IMG/VR virus record: IMGVR_UViG_3300029219_000015
Reading direction: 5' to 3' (one strand)
DNA length: 36,605 nucleotides
From: a virus
Taxonomy: Duplodnaviria; Heunggongvirae; Uroviricota; Caudoviricetes
The notes beneath the pieces are model-generated. The model ran no database searches, had not been told where the DNA came from, and worked only from the letters and a program-made list of their open reading frames with translations. How positions within the stretch are numbered: the stretch's first letter is position 1; every line of letters starts with the position of its first letter. Made by a program: the position numbers and the translations under genes. Shown here piece by piece: positions 1 to 8,049 of the stretch.

Positions 1-90
1 GGGGGAACTGAGAGAACTAAATTTCAATTTAAACAATGAATTAACTTCTTAGCGTACGTTTTCGTTCCATTGGCCCTCAAACCCCATTTA

Positions 91-177
91 GGGGAGTTAG
101 TCCGTAGAGGTAGCGGTGTAGACTGTAAATCTACTGTCATGGCGACTCGGGTGGTTCGACTCCATCACTCCCCACCA
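91..177 (+). tRNA. tRNA-Tyr (anticodon GTA), long variable arm, CCA encoded
   Basis: Acceptor stem GGGGAGT/ACTCCCC; anticodon stem GTAGA/TCTAC with loop CTGTAAA; about 15-nt variable arm; T-loop TTCGACT; 3' A-CCA. Confidence 0.8.
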
Positions 178-181
178 AATT

Positions 182-257
182 GCCGGTTTAGCTCAGTTGG
201 TAGAGCAGTCGCTTTGTAAGCGAATGGCCAGCGGTTCAAGTCCGTTAACCGGCACCA
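182..257 (+). tRNA. tRNA-Thr (anticodon TGT), CCA encoded
   Basis: Acceptor stem GCCGGTT/AACCGGC; D-arm GCTC-AGTTGGTA-GAGC; anticodon loop TTTGTAA; T-arm AGCGG-TTCAAGT-CCGTT; 3' A-CCA. Anticodon stem has one mismatch. Confidence 0.7.
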
Positions 258-577
258 ACACAACAGGTAAGAGCATTGGGCGAATCGGCGATACTGACCC
301 ACAAGGCCGTAAATCGATAGAGTCAGACCAGTGCTCTTACCGTTGTGAGGAAGTGCAGCTCTTTGAAGCAACCAGAAGATAAGCATCTGGCTTCACAACA
401 CAACGATAATATCATTACGGTTAATCGTCGTTCATGTGCACAATGACTGGTCGAAAGGTAGTGATCTTACCGTTGTGATGAATGCACAGGCTGATGTGCC
501 GCAACTACAGTAGTGCGCGCTTTGCGGGGCTTGCTACAACCCTGTGTCGGAGTTCAGTACCGACCATCACAATAGCT

Positions 578-664
578 GGAGAGTAGGGAGCATGGTGCTC
601 AAGCGGTCTTGAAAACCGTCCCATTGTGCAAACGATGATGGTTCGATTCCATTACTCTCCGCCA
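578..664 (+). tRNA. tRNA-Ser (anticodon TGA), long variable arm, CCA encoded
   Basis: Acceptor stem GGAGAGT/ACTCTCC; anticodon stem GCGGT/ACCGT with loop CTTGAAA; long variable arm; T-loop TTCGATT; discriminator G then CCA. Confidence 0.8.
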
Positions 665-666
665 GA

Positions 667-744
667 CACAGCGTTGAGCGGTTTGGCCTTTTAATCAACT
701 CGATTAAGACTCCGCTAACATAAACCAGACCGCTCAACGCTGTG
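667..744. repeat. Perfect 16-bp inverted repeat (CACAGCGTTGAGCGGT / ACCGCTCAACGCTGTG) around a 46-nt loop that itself contains TTAATC-AACTC-GATTAA
   Basis: Read directly from sequence immediately 3' of tRNA-Ser; possible processed stable RNA or structured element. Confidence 0.6.
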
Positions 745-823
745 ATAGACAATTACGGCAGACGTTCTTAACCATATAGCTTGCTAACATCCTAGCAACA
801 CTTTTTTAAGCGCAAAATCCAAA

Positions 824-843
824 GGGGCTTCGGCCCCTTTTTT
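824..843. terminator. Rho-independent terminator, usable in both directions
   Basis: GGGGC-TTCG-GCCCC followed by TTTTTT; an A-run precedes it on the + strand; sits between the tRNA cluster and the end of the minus-strand gene 845..1753. Confidence 0.75.
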
Positions 844-844
844 G

Positions 845-1753
845 TTAATGATTGCCTAGATATGATTTTAGTTCTTCTTTAATGATTAGTGAGTATTCTA
901 AAATATCACTTAGTAAAAATTTTGCTCTGTTAAAATACCCACCAAAAGAACCTAAAATTTCAGATGGTCTTTCTAAGAGCATCACAATATCATCTTCTTG
1001 CACTTTAGTAATGTAACTTCTAACAGCTCTTTCTCCAATAACTCTTTTCTTACCGTTTATTTCAGATTCATCTAAAACCTTATTTATAAATTTTTCTGTA
1101 TCATTGAATCGTCCACTATTGTGTACTATTGTATGTCTTAGTAGTTCAATTAGCTTGATGTTAAAGCGATAGTTTTTGCCAATCTTGTTGTTTGTTTCTA
1201 TCTCTTTGAAGCCAGGTATTTTATTTCTGAAAATTTTAGTTATTTTTTTCGATGGGTTACTTTTTGCTTTTAATAATCTGTAATAAACTTCCCTTTTCCC
1301 AATTTCATCATCTTCAACCTTACCAAAATCACTTGAGGACCATAAATCATTTCGAACACATACAGTATAGACATATATTGCCTCAATATAGTCTTCCAGT
1401 AACTCATAGGCTTCAGTAATAACCCACTGATATTGTTTATTTTTCAAAGTATTACACAATCTTATCTTTTCTTCTAAATCAATGGCGCTGTTACCTATCT
1501 CTAATGTTGAACCTGTATATGGGTTTGAACATAAATGGCGAGCTAACGTTGTGCCACACTTAATCTTAATAGTTTCATTAATATTAATAATAGTATCTGG
1601 ATTCTGTGCATACTCCACTTCTTTAAGAAGACGTTTTATATTTTTCTTTGTTGTATCATTTATCTGATTTAAATAATCAAAAAGTAAAGATATTTCTTCT
1701 CTAAATTCGTTGTATTTATTTTCAATCAAAGAATCAGACAACTTACCAATCAT
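845..1753 (-). CDS. Hypothetical protein on an AT-rich island; candidate HEPN/Abi-like defence protein (R-x4-H motif RHTIVH at about residues 206-211)
   Basis: 302-aa ORF with AGAGG 5 nt before the ATG; composition visibly far more AT-rich than flanks; K/E/I/N-rich; product assignment is inference from one short motif. Confidence 0.75.
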   Translation of the reverse strand: MIGKLSDSLIENKYNEFREEISLLFDYLNQINDTTKKNIKRLLKEVEYAQNPDTIININETIKIKCGTTLARHLCSNPYTGSTLEIGNSAIDLEEKIRLCNTLKNKQYQWVITEAYELLEDYIEAIYVYTVCVRNDLWSSSDFGKVEDDEIGKREVYYRLLKAKSNPSKKITKIFRNKIPGFKEIETNNKIGKNYRFNIKLIELLRHTIVHNSGRFNDTEKFINKVLDESEINGKKRVIGERAVRSYITKVQEDDIVMLLERPSEILGSFGGYFNRAKFLLSDILEYSLIIKEELKSYLGNH

Positions 1754-1926
1754 TAAAACCTCTATAAAATGTACATTTCAAGGCAATCCTTACTGTAATC
1801 TATTGTCGTAATCACTTCAATTGTTTACTAGTCAATCAATAAGTTACTACATACTTATCAAAAAAATCTGTTTGTAGTATAGTCTGATATGTTCGAATCA
1901 ATATTTATAAAGGTATTTGTTAAGTT

Positions 1927-2172
1927 ATGACGATCACTATCTACGGACGAGATAACTGCTCATACTGCAAACGTGCGGTCGAGCTGGCGAAGCAACTAAA
2001 GGGACATGGCAACGGTGATTATGAGTACATCGACATCACCACTGCCGGTATCGACAAGGAAAAACTAAGTGAAATTGTTGGTAAACCGGTAGAGACTATC
2101 CCCCAGGTGCTGATCGATGGCCAGCCGATTGGCGGATACACAGAACTGGCTGCATACGTCAGCACCCTCTGA
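1927..2172 (+). CDS. Glutaredoxin-like small redox protein (CSYC active site)
   Basis: 81 aa; N-terminal CxxC (CSYC) in a glutaredoxin-like context, C-terminal GGY motif; followed by a terminator. Confidence 0.8.
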   Translation: MTITIYGRDNCSYCKRAVELAKQLKGHGNGDYEYIDITTAGIDKEKLSEIVGKPVETIPQVLIDGQPIGGYTELAAYVSTL

Positions 2173-2178
2173 TTTTAA

Positions 2179-2199
2179 CGGCTCACAGGAGCCGTTTTT
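2179..2199 (+). terminator. Rho-independent terminator
   Basis: CGGCTC-ACAG-GAGCCG followed by TTTTT, 7 nt after the glutaredoxin stop. Confidence 0.7.
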
Positions 2200-2254
2200 A
2201 TTCCCACCAAACTCACTCCCATTTCCCTTAAAATTCAAAAAACAACGTCAAAAT

Positions 2255-2281
2255 GATTCCATACCTACTATGTATGGAATC
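2255..2281. promoter_or_regulatory. Perfect 10-bp inverted repeat GATTCCATAC-(7 nt)-GTATGGAATC; candidate recombinase core site or operator
   Basis: Read directly; about 100 bp upstream of the tyrosine-recombinase-like gene; geometry resembles tyrosine recombinase core sites. Confidence 0.35.
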
Positions 2282-2382
2282 ATTGCTGAAAATGAGTTAC
2301 TTTTACTCTTGATCCTATAAGAATCTATGCCTAATATACTGTTTACTTATACAGTGCATCGGCGTAACTCGGTGATTGTCAT

Positions 2383-3486
2383 ATGAAAAATAGCTTTGAC
2401 AGCGCACGCGCTGCGGAGAACACCTCAAAAGAGGCGATAGAGTATCTCGAAAGAGCATCTCAAATGCAGGCCGTTATGATCTCCCAGGTCAGCAATGACA
2501 TGAGATTCTCGGACGCATTCATGTTATTCACTCGCTTATCTCTGCTGATAACCAGACGTCGGCCAGAGATCGCTGTTCATTGTATTTTGATACATGTTTT
2601 GCCGCACATTGCCGATGTAAAAGTAAGTGACATTAATAGGTTCATGGTGAACCAACTGGTCAACCCACTAATACTGGATGGCAAAATTGTTATGGGCCGC
2701 CGCGTTTTCTCTCTGATGAAGCAGTTCCTTAGCTGGTGCGCCTTCCAGGGGATGATAGACGTGTCACCGTTAAACGATATGTCACTTAACAAAGTTGCCG
2801 GTGGCGCAAAGCCCACACCTCGCGAGCGGAAGCTGACCGACGCAGAGGTATGGGTGTTCTGGAATATATGGGACTACTTCAATGTGTGTGCTGGTACAAA
2901 ATGGGCGGCCAGGCTATGTCTTGTATCCGCAAGACGACCTGACGAAGTACTGCGGGCTAAAAAAAGTGAGTTCAATCTTAAGCGTGGGGTTTGGAATCAA
3001 GGCAAGAGGAACAAATCTGCCCGTGAGCATTCTCTGCCTTTAAGCTCATTAATGCGCACTTGTATTGAAGAGTTGTTCGAATATGGTAAAGACAGCCAGT
3101 GGCTCGTGCCTTCGAATAAAAAAATCGGGAAAGACCTTCCTATGTCTAAAGTGGCAATAGCCCAGGCATTACGTCGTATTCTGGAACGACCAGAACTGAT
3201 GGAGCTTGAGCCATTTACACCCCGAGATTTGCGCCGTACTGCGCGTAGTTACTTCCCAGCATTAGGCATAAGCCAGGAGGTATCACGTAAAATCATGAAC
3301 CACAGTCTTGAGGGGATAGATCGGGTCTACGACCGGCACGATTATATGGACGAGATGCGAGACGCCTTAGAAAGTTTCTCGACGTACATCGCATCAATCG
3401 TAGAGCAACCGGATTTAGACGAAATTGACCACAAATTTAAGGGAGATCGTCTATCAACAGAGCTTATTCGTGTAAATTTTTCATAG
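2383..3486 (+). CDS. Tyrosine recombinase/integrase-like protein, P4-integrase-type C-terminus, apparently lacking an N-terminal arm-binding domain
   Basis: C-terminal motifs ARRPDEV...HSLPLS...FTPRDLRRT...NHSLEGIDRVYDRHDY match the R/K/H-x-x-R/Y pattern of tyrosine recombinases; the box II position that I recall as His is Arg here. Start codon uncertain. Confidence 0.7.
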   Translation: MKNSFDSARAAENTSKEAIEYLERASQMQAVMISQVSNDMRFSDAFMLFTRLSLLITRRRPEIAVHCILIHVLPHIADVKVSDINRFMVNQLVNPLILDGKIVMGRRVFSLMKQFLSWCAFQGMIDVSPLNDMSLNKVAGGAKPTPRERKLTDAEVWVFWNIWDYFNVCAGTKWAARLCLVSARRPDEVLRAKKSEFNLKRGVWNQGKRNKSAREHSLPLSSLMRTCIEELFEYGKDSQWLVPSNKKIGKDLPMSKVAIAQALRRILERPELMELEPFTPRDLRRTARSYFPALGISQEVSRKIMNHSLEGIDRVYDRHDYMDEMRDALESFSTYIASIVEQPDLDEIDHKFKGDRLSTELIRVNFS

Positions 3487-3867
3487 AGACTTTATGGCCT
3501 CAACAACCTTTTGTGATGCGCCTTTCTCTTTACCGAATCGCTCGTTATATGCAGCAAGAACCTGTTTTTCGTCCTCGTTAAGAGGAGCAGTGCCTTCTTT
3601 GTATAAAAATGCTGCGAGTTCGGGTTGGCGTTCTTCCAGCACCATCATCATAAGACGACTTGGCTCAATGCCCAGTGCCAGCGCCAGCGGACGAACCTTA
3701 TCGATAGGCAAAGGAATTTTGCCGCTTTTAATTAAAGAAAGGTTGTTGGCGTTTTTATACCCAATTGTTTTGGCTATCTGGGCCTGGCTCATAGGTGAGG
3801 ATTCAATCAACCCTGCGATAAAAGCAGCGTAGCGACTTTCTATAAATTCAATCTTGTTATCAGACAT
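3481..3867 (-). CDS. Helix-turn-helix (XRE/Cro-CI-like) DNA-binding protein
   Basis: 128 aa; HTH-like segment SQAQIAKTIGYKNANNLSLIKSG; AAAGG 8 nt before the ATG; convergent with and overlapping the recombinase-like gene by 6 nt. Confidence 0.7.
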   Translation of the reverse strand: MSDNKIEFIESRYAAFIAGLIESSPMSQAQIAKTIGYKNANNLSLIKSGKIPLPIDKVRPLALALGIEPSRLMMMVLEERQPELAAFLYKEGTAPLNEDEKQVLAAYNERFGKEKGASQKVVEAIKSL

Positions 3868-4118
3868 GGTTACAACCTTTGCGCGTTCAATTCTCTCTGG
3901 TAAGTGCTTACCGATATTACATCAAAGGTTAGGGTTGTAAAGCTATTATCATTTTTTTCGATAGGCACTTAAAAGACCGGTTAAAGGCCATTGCACGGAG
4001 AAAAATTAGCCCAAAACAGGTAAGAAAATCAACTTGCATATGATATGAATGTATTCAGTATTGATACAAATTTTAGTAGTATTCCTTACCATAGTATAAG
4101 TTAGAATGGATTGATTGA

Positions 4119-4331
4119 ATGAACACCACTATTTCCAGCCTAATCGCTCTTGAGATCGGACACGTACAGAAATTAGCTGATGAGTGTGTAGCTGACATCC
4201 TCACCGATCTACCGAATGAGCAGATTCAGGTTGGTGTGAATGACACAACTGGCTTTATATTCGAACTTAACAACAAACGCTTCACGCTTCTCAATACCGG
4301 CTCCTGGTCTTTAGCCGTCAGAATCTGTTAA
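4119..4331 (+). CDS. Hypothetical small protein
   Basis: 70-aa ORF divergent from the HTH gene; weak RBS. Confidence 0.4.
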   Translation: MNTTISSLIALEIGHVQKLADECVADILTDLPNEQIQVGVNDTTGFIFELNNKRFTLLNTGSWSLAVRIC

Positions 4332-4429
4332 CCCCTCTTCTCCCTGCGCGAATGGCTTAGTTCCCTGTTCGCGCAGTGCTACATTAAACACACTAGTAAA
4401 TAATTTGTTTTCATAACAAAGGATTAGCC

Positions 4430-6538
4430 ATGTCTAAAAAACGTTCCATCAAAGAGGTTCAGGACTTCCGTGACAGTGTAAAACGAGTAGTCGCTCTCCT
4501 TTCAGGTAAAAACATCCCTGTTGCAGAACGAGGGGACGACGCTTATGTACGCTATAACGATGATGGAGAGCCAATTCTCGTAAACATCCCATCAATCCCG
4601 GATAACGCAACACCGGCATTGATGAATGCTGTGCGCGGATTTCTCGATCATGAGGTTGCTCACATTTTGTTTACCGATATTCGTGTGTCCAACAAAATGA
4701 GAGAAAAAGGACGCGTTCCTTCCTGGTCGCTATGGAATGCCTTAGAAGACGTGTTCATCGAGCGAAAAATGGGTCAGGTCTTTAACGGAACAAGACGTAA
4801 TCTGATGGCAACTCAGCGCCTTATAATCGAAAAAGTCTTTAAACCAAAGGCTTCAGAGGCTATTGCTTATTGTGGCAAAGATCAGCGCGCGCTTTTTCTA
4901 AACTTCTTTCTCTGTCCGGTTGTAAGAGCCTGGGATGGCCAAGCACCGTTCGTAGATTTCATGGATGAATATTGGCCTGTCATTGAGAAACCAATTTCAT
5001 TATTAAAAGAACATGGTATCGATGTGGCCGTGCGTAACATGTCTTGCACCGAGGATTGTGTAAAGGTGGCTGCGACCATAGCTAAGATCCTCAAAGACAC
5101 TGAAAGTGAAAGCAAAGGTAAGGAGTCAGCTCCGGGAAAAACTTCCGATCCTTCAGACGCTGACCAGACGGATGCCTCTGGAGAAAACAATGAAGACAAC
5201 GAAGATCATGAGACACCCTCAGCGTTAGATAATCACAAATCTATCAAATCAGAATCACACAGTAAGCACAAACATGATAATAACGACAGTGATGATTCAG
5301 ATAATTCTGAATCATCAGAAACAATATTCGATGATACAGAAAATGATAAAGAGGTATCAGATTCTGGTGCTTCTGATAACGCGGCGTCAGAATCATTTAC
5401 CACTGACCACGAAAAAAGAAAATCGACAGAAGACGGCTCTTCAGACATTCCAACTCCGTCAAAAATGAGTCTGGAAGAGGCTTTAGAGGAGTTGGATAGC
5501 ATGGAAGATGAAGTCGGAGGCATGACAGAAGATGCGCTATCCGAAACGATTAAAAGCGAGTTAACAGAAAGCTCGAAAAGCGAATACAGGCCATACAATC
5601 GCTCATACGACTTCATCGGCTCGATTGATCAGGCAGAAGCCCATATCAAACGGCTTATTAAAACATTCTCCGATATTGATTTAGGTGGATATCCAATCAG
5701 CCGTTATCGCATCGTTCCTGAAGGCAACCAACTCTTCGACAAATATATTGAAAAGCACCTTTCGTCAGGTGTTTCGTCGACGCTGGCAAAAGACCTGGAA
5801 CGTGCAATAGCAAGCAGAAACAGAGTTCAGTTTATACCTGGCCAGCGTCGGGGGCGCATTCATGGTTCAAGTATCTACAGATTAACAATGAATGATGATC
5901 GCGTGTTTCGTAAAAAAGAAGAATCTAAAGCCGTTAACGCCTGTGTTCAACAAGTGATTGATTTATCGGGTTCAATGAGTGGCGAAACGATAAAACTAGC
6001 TCTTGCAAGTGCATATACCATCGCCGATGCACTTGATCGAATAAATGTTCCCAACATTATCACCGGCTTCACTACATTTGGTAGTCATATGGCGGCAGGA
6101 GAACTTAAGGCTGTCAAGTATGAGTTCTCTCGCTTTGAATCTTTAATGCTACCTATCATCAAAAATTGGAATGAAAAGGTAAATTCTCGCGAAGTTCGCT
6201 CACGTATGGGGTGCGTAGGCTACACATTCCCACTTCTTAATAACGTGGATGGTGAAAGCATAGCCAGCCTTGCATCGTTATTTTCCGGTCGCATGGAGGA
6301 CAGGAAGATCATGCTTGTTCTGAGTGATGGCGCGCCGTGGGCTGTTGGGAGAGGTTTTGACGCTCATTTGCGTTCAGTTGCGAAGCAAATTGAAACGCAG
6401 ACTGATATTGATTTGATGGCAATTGGCATCATGACTGACGCACCGGAGAGATTTTACTCAAATCATGCCCTGGTAACGAGCGTTGATAGTCTTGGTTCAT
6501 CTGTAGTTACTGAACTATCTCGTATCATTTTAAAGTGA
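4430..6538 (+). CDS. CobT-like protein with C-terminal von Willebrand A (vWA) domain and long acidic S/D/E-rich linker
   Basis: 702 aa; AAAGGA RBS; MIDAS-like DLSGSMSG motif in the C-terminal third; roughly 160-aa acidic low-complexity region; HEVAH (HExxH-like) near the N-terminus; immediately followed by an AAA+ ATPase gene. Confidence 0.7.
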   Translation: MSKKRSIKEVQDFRDSVKRVVALLSGKNIPVAERGDDAYVRYNDDGEPILVNIPSIPDNATPALMNAVRGFLDHEVAHILFTDIRVSNKMREKGRVPSWSLWNALEDVFIERKMGQVFNGTRRNLMATQRLIIEKVFKPKASEAIAYCGKDQRALFLNFFLCPVVRAWDGQAPFVDFMDEYWPVIEKPISLLKEHGIDVAVRNMSCTEDCVKVAATIAKILKDTESESKGKESAPGKTSDPSDADQTDASGENNEDNEDHETPSALDNHKSIKSESHSKHKHDNNDSDDSDNSESSETIFDDTENDKEVSDSGASDNAASESFTTDHEKRKSTEDGSSDIPTPSKMSLEEALEELDSMEDEVGGMTEDALSETIKSELTESSKSEYRPYNRSYDFIGSIDQAEAHIKRLIKTFSDIDLGGYPISRYRIVPEGNQLFDKYIEKHLSSGVSSTLAKDLERAIASRNRVQFIPGQRRGRIHGSSIYRLTMNDDRVFRKKEESKAVNACVQQVIDLSGSMSGETIKLALASAYTIADALDRINVPNIITGFTTFGSHMAAGELKAVKYEFSRFESLMLPIIKNWNEKVNSREVRSRMGCVGYTFPLLNNVDGESIASLASLFSGRMEDRKIMLVLSDGAPWAVGRGFDAHLRSVAKQIETQTDIDLMAIGIMTDAPERFYSNHALVTSVDSLGSSVVTELSRIILK

Positions 6539-6633
6539 ACAAAACAGCCTTAACGATAAGTAACCACTTACGATAGATAATGATATATTTATATAAGAAG
6601 TTGAACGCTCATTAGAAAACAAAGGAAAAACGC

Positions 6634-7869
6634 ATGACTACTACTGCACTGCAAAATGAAAAAAATCCTTCTGATTACCTTGTTTGCAAGTGGTGCGGAA
6701 AATCATTTCACTATTTTAAGTCCCATGTAGCCAATGGTAATTGCGAGGGCATTCCTGAGTCAGTAAAAGATGCCGATCCTGACACCGTACTGAAAATGTA
6801 CACAACACAGTTTCCAGATGAGCCAACGCTATCGAAAAAGGCACTTGATGCAATTCAAGCTAAACGTGCCGAGCAAAAAAGCGAAATGGCCAAATCATCT
6901 GGCGTGACCAGTAGCCCAGGCTACACAGGCACAGTTGAGTACAAGACAGATCTGGTCGCAGCTCACGAACTGCTAAATGTAACGGTGAAAGAACTCGGAA
7001 CAAAACGTGGGACGCCGCTCATGGTTAGCGTCAACGTCAATACGCCGTTTCCAGAGTTCGTTCCAGAAGTGAAGAAGGGATACGTATATGGCGACTTCGA
7101 ACTGATCAAAGACATTTTCATGATGCTTGAACTTGGCATACCTGGCTATTTGTGGGGTCATGCAGGAACAGGCAAATCTTCATTGCCTACACAACTATGT
7201 GCTTTGCTCAATCGTCCGTTAATCCGTGCCCAACATACAGCATCAATGGAAGAGGCTCATGTTACGGGACAAATTCTGGCGCGTGATGGCTCTACGTATT
7301 TCGAGCCTGGCTTGCTTGCGCTCGCAATGAAGCATGGCTGGGTTTACCTCGCGGATGAATACGACTTTGCGTTTCCACAGATTCTTGGCGTGTATCAGCC
7401 AGTGCTGGAAGGTGAAGCGTTGGTCATCAAAGAGGCGACTCCAGAATGGCGTCGCATTACTCCGCATGAACGGTTTGCTTTCATTGGCACTGGCAACACG
7501 AACGGATCTGGTGATGAAACCGGCTTGTACCAGGGTACAAACATCCAGAACGCCGCGAACTTTTCGCGTTTTGGCATCGTTTCGAATGTGAAATACATGA
7601 GCAAAGAGGCAGAGATCAACATGTTGATAAATGCCGGTATCGTGGATGAATACGCAGAAAAGATGGTTAAGTTTGCCGGTATCGTTCGCGATGGATACGA
7701 AGAACACCTTATCAGTCAGCCAATTGGCCCTCGTGAACTTTTGTTGTCGGCCAAGATTGGAATGATGCGAGGCGACTTTGTGACAGGTATTGAGCGTTCT
7801 TTCATTAACAAACTCCCTTCAGCTTCTGCACAAGCGGCTCGTGAAGTTGTTCAAAAAATATTTGGTTAA
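6634..7869 (+). CDS. CobS-like / MoxR-type AAA+ ATPase with N-terminal Cys-rich zinc-ribbon-like segment
   Basis: 411 aa; Walker A GHAGTGKSS; Walker B VYLADEYDFA; N-terminal CKWCG...C...C; AAAGGAAAAACGC-ATG initiation region. Confidence 0.75.
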   Translation: MTTTALQNEKNPSDYLVCKWCGKSFHYFKSHVANGNCEGIPESVKDADPDTVLKMYTTQFPDEPTLSKKALDAIQAKRAEQKSEMAKSSGVTSSPGYTGTVEYKTDLVAAHELLNVTVKELGTKRGTPLMVSVNVNTPFPEFVPEVKKGYVYGDFELIKDIFMMLELGIPGYLWGHAGTGKSSLPTQLCALLNRPLIRAQHTASMEEAHVTGQILARDGSTYFEPGLLALAMKHGWVYLADEYDFAFPQILGVYQPVLEGEALVIKEATPEWRRITPHERFAFIGTGNTNGSGDETGLYQGTNIQNAANFSRFGIVSNVKYMSKEAEINMLINAGIVDEYAEKMVKFAGIVRDGYEEHLISQPIGPRELLLSAKIGMMRGDFVTGIERSFINKLPSASAQAAREVVQKIFG

Positions 7870-8049
7870 TCGTGCGTAAAGGATGTTTCGGCTCTCTTAT
7901 CGCTGCTTCTGAAACTGGTAAGGCTTGTCTGGTGTGTCCAGACAAGCCCGATTGTCACCAATCAGCAAAAGAAGTTGCGATTTCGATGCATGGGAAGTTC
8001 GTAGGCTTCCCCAATGACAAAATCAAAAAAACCAGAAAGGTAAAAACAC

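Noticed and set aside
165-386. ORFs 165..386 (-) and 197..382 (+) in the ORF track
   Set aside because: They overlap the tRNA-Tyr and tRNA-Thr genes and have no RBS; treated as spurious.
567-752. ORF 567..752 (-)
   Set aside because: It overlaps tRNA-Ser and the 16-bp inverted-repeat hairpin; more likely structured RNA than coding.
4882-5616. ORFs 4882..5199 (-), 5233..5616 (-) and 5274..5468 (+) inside the CobT-like gene
   Set aside because: They are by-products of the acidic Ser/Asp-rich low-complexity coding region; the + strand frame gives a coherent vWA protein.
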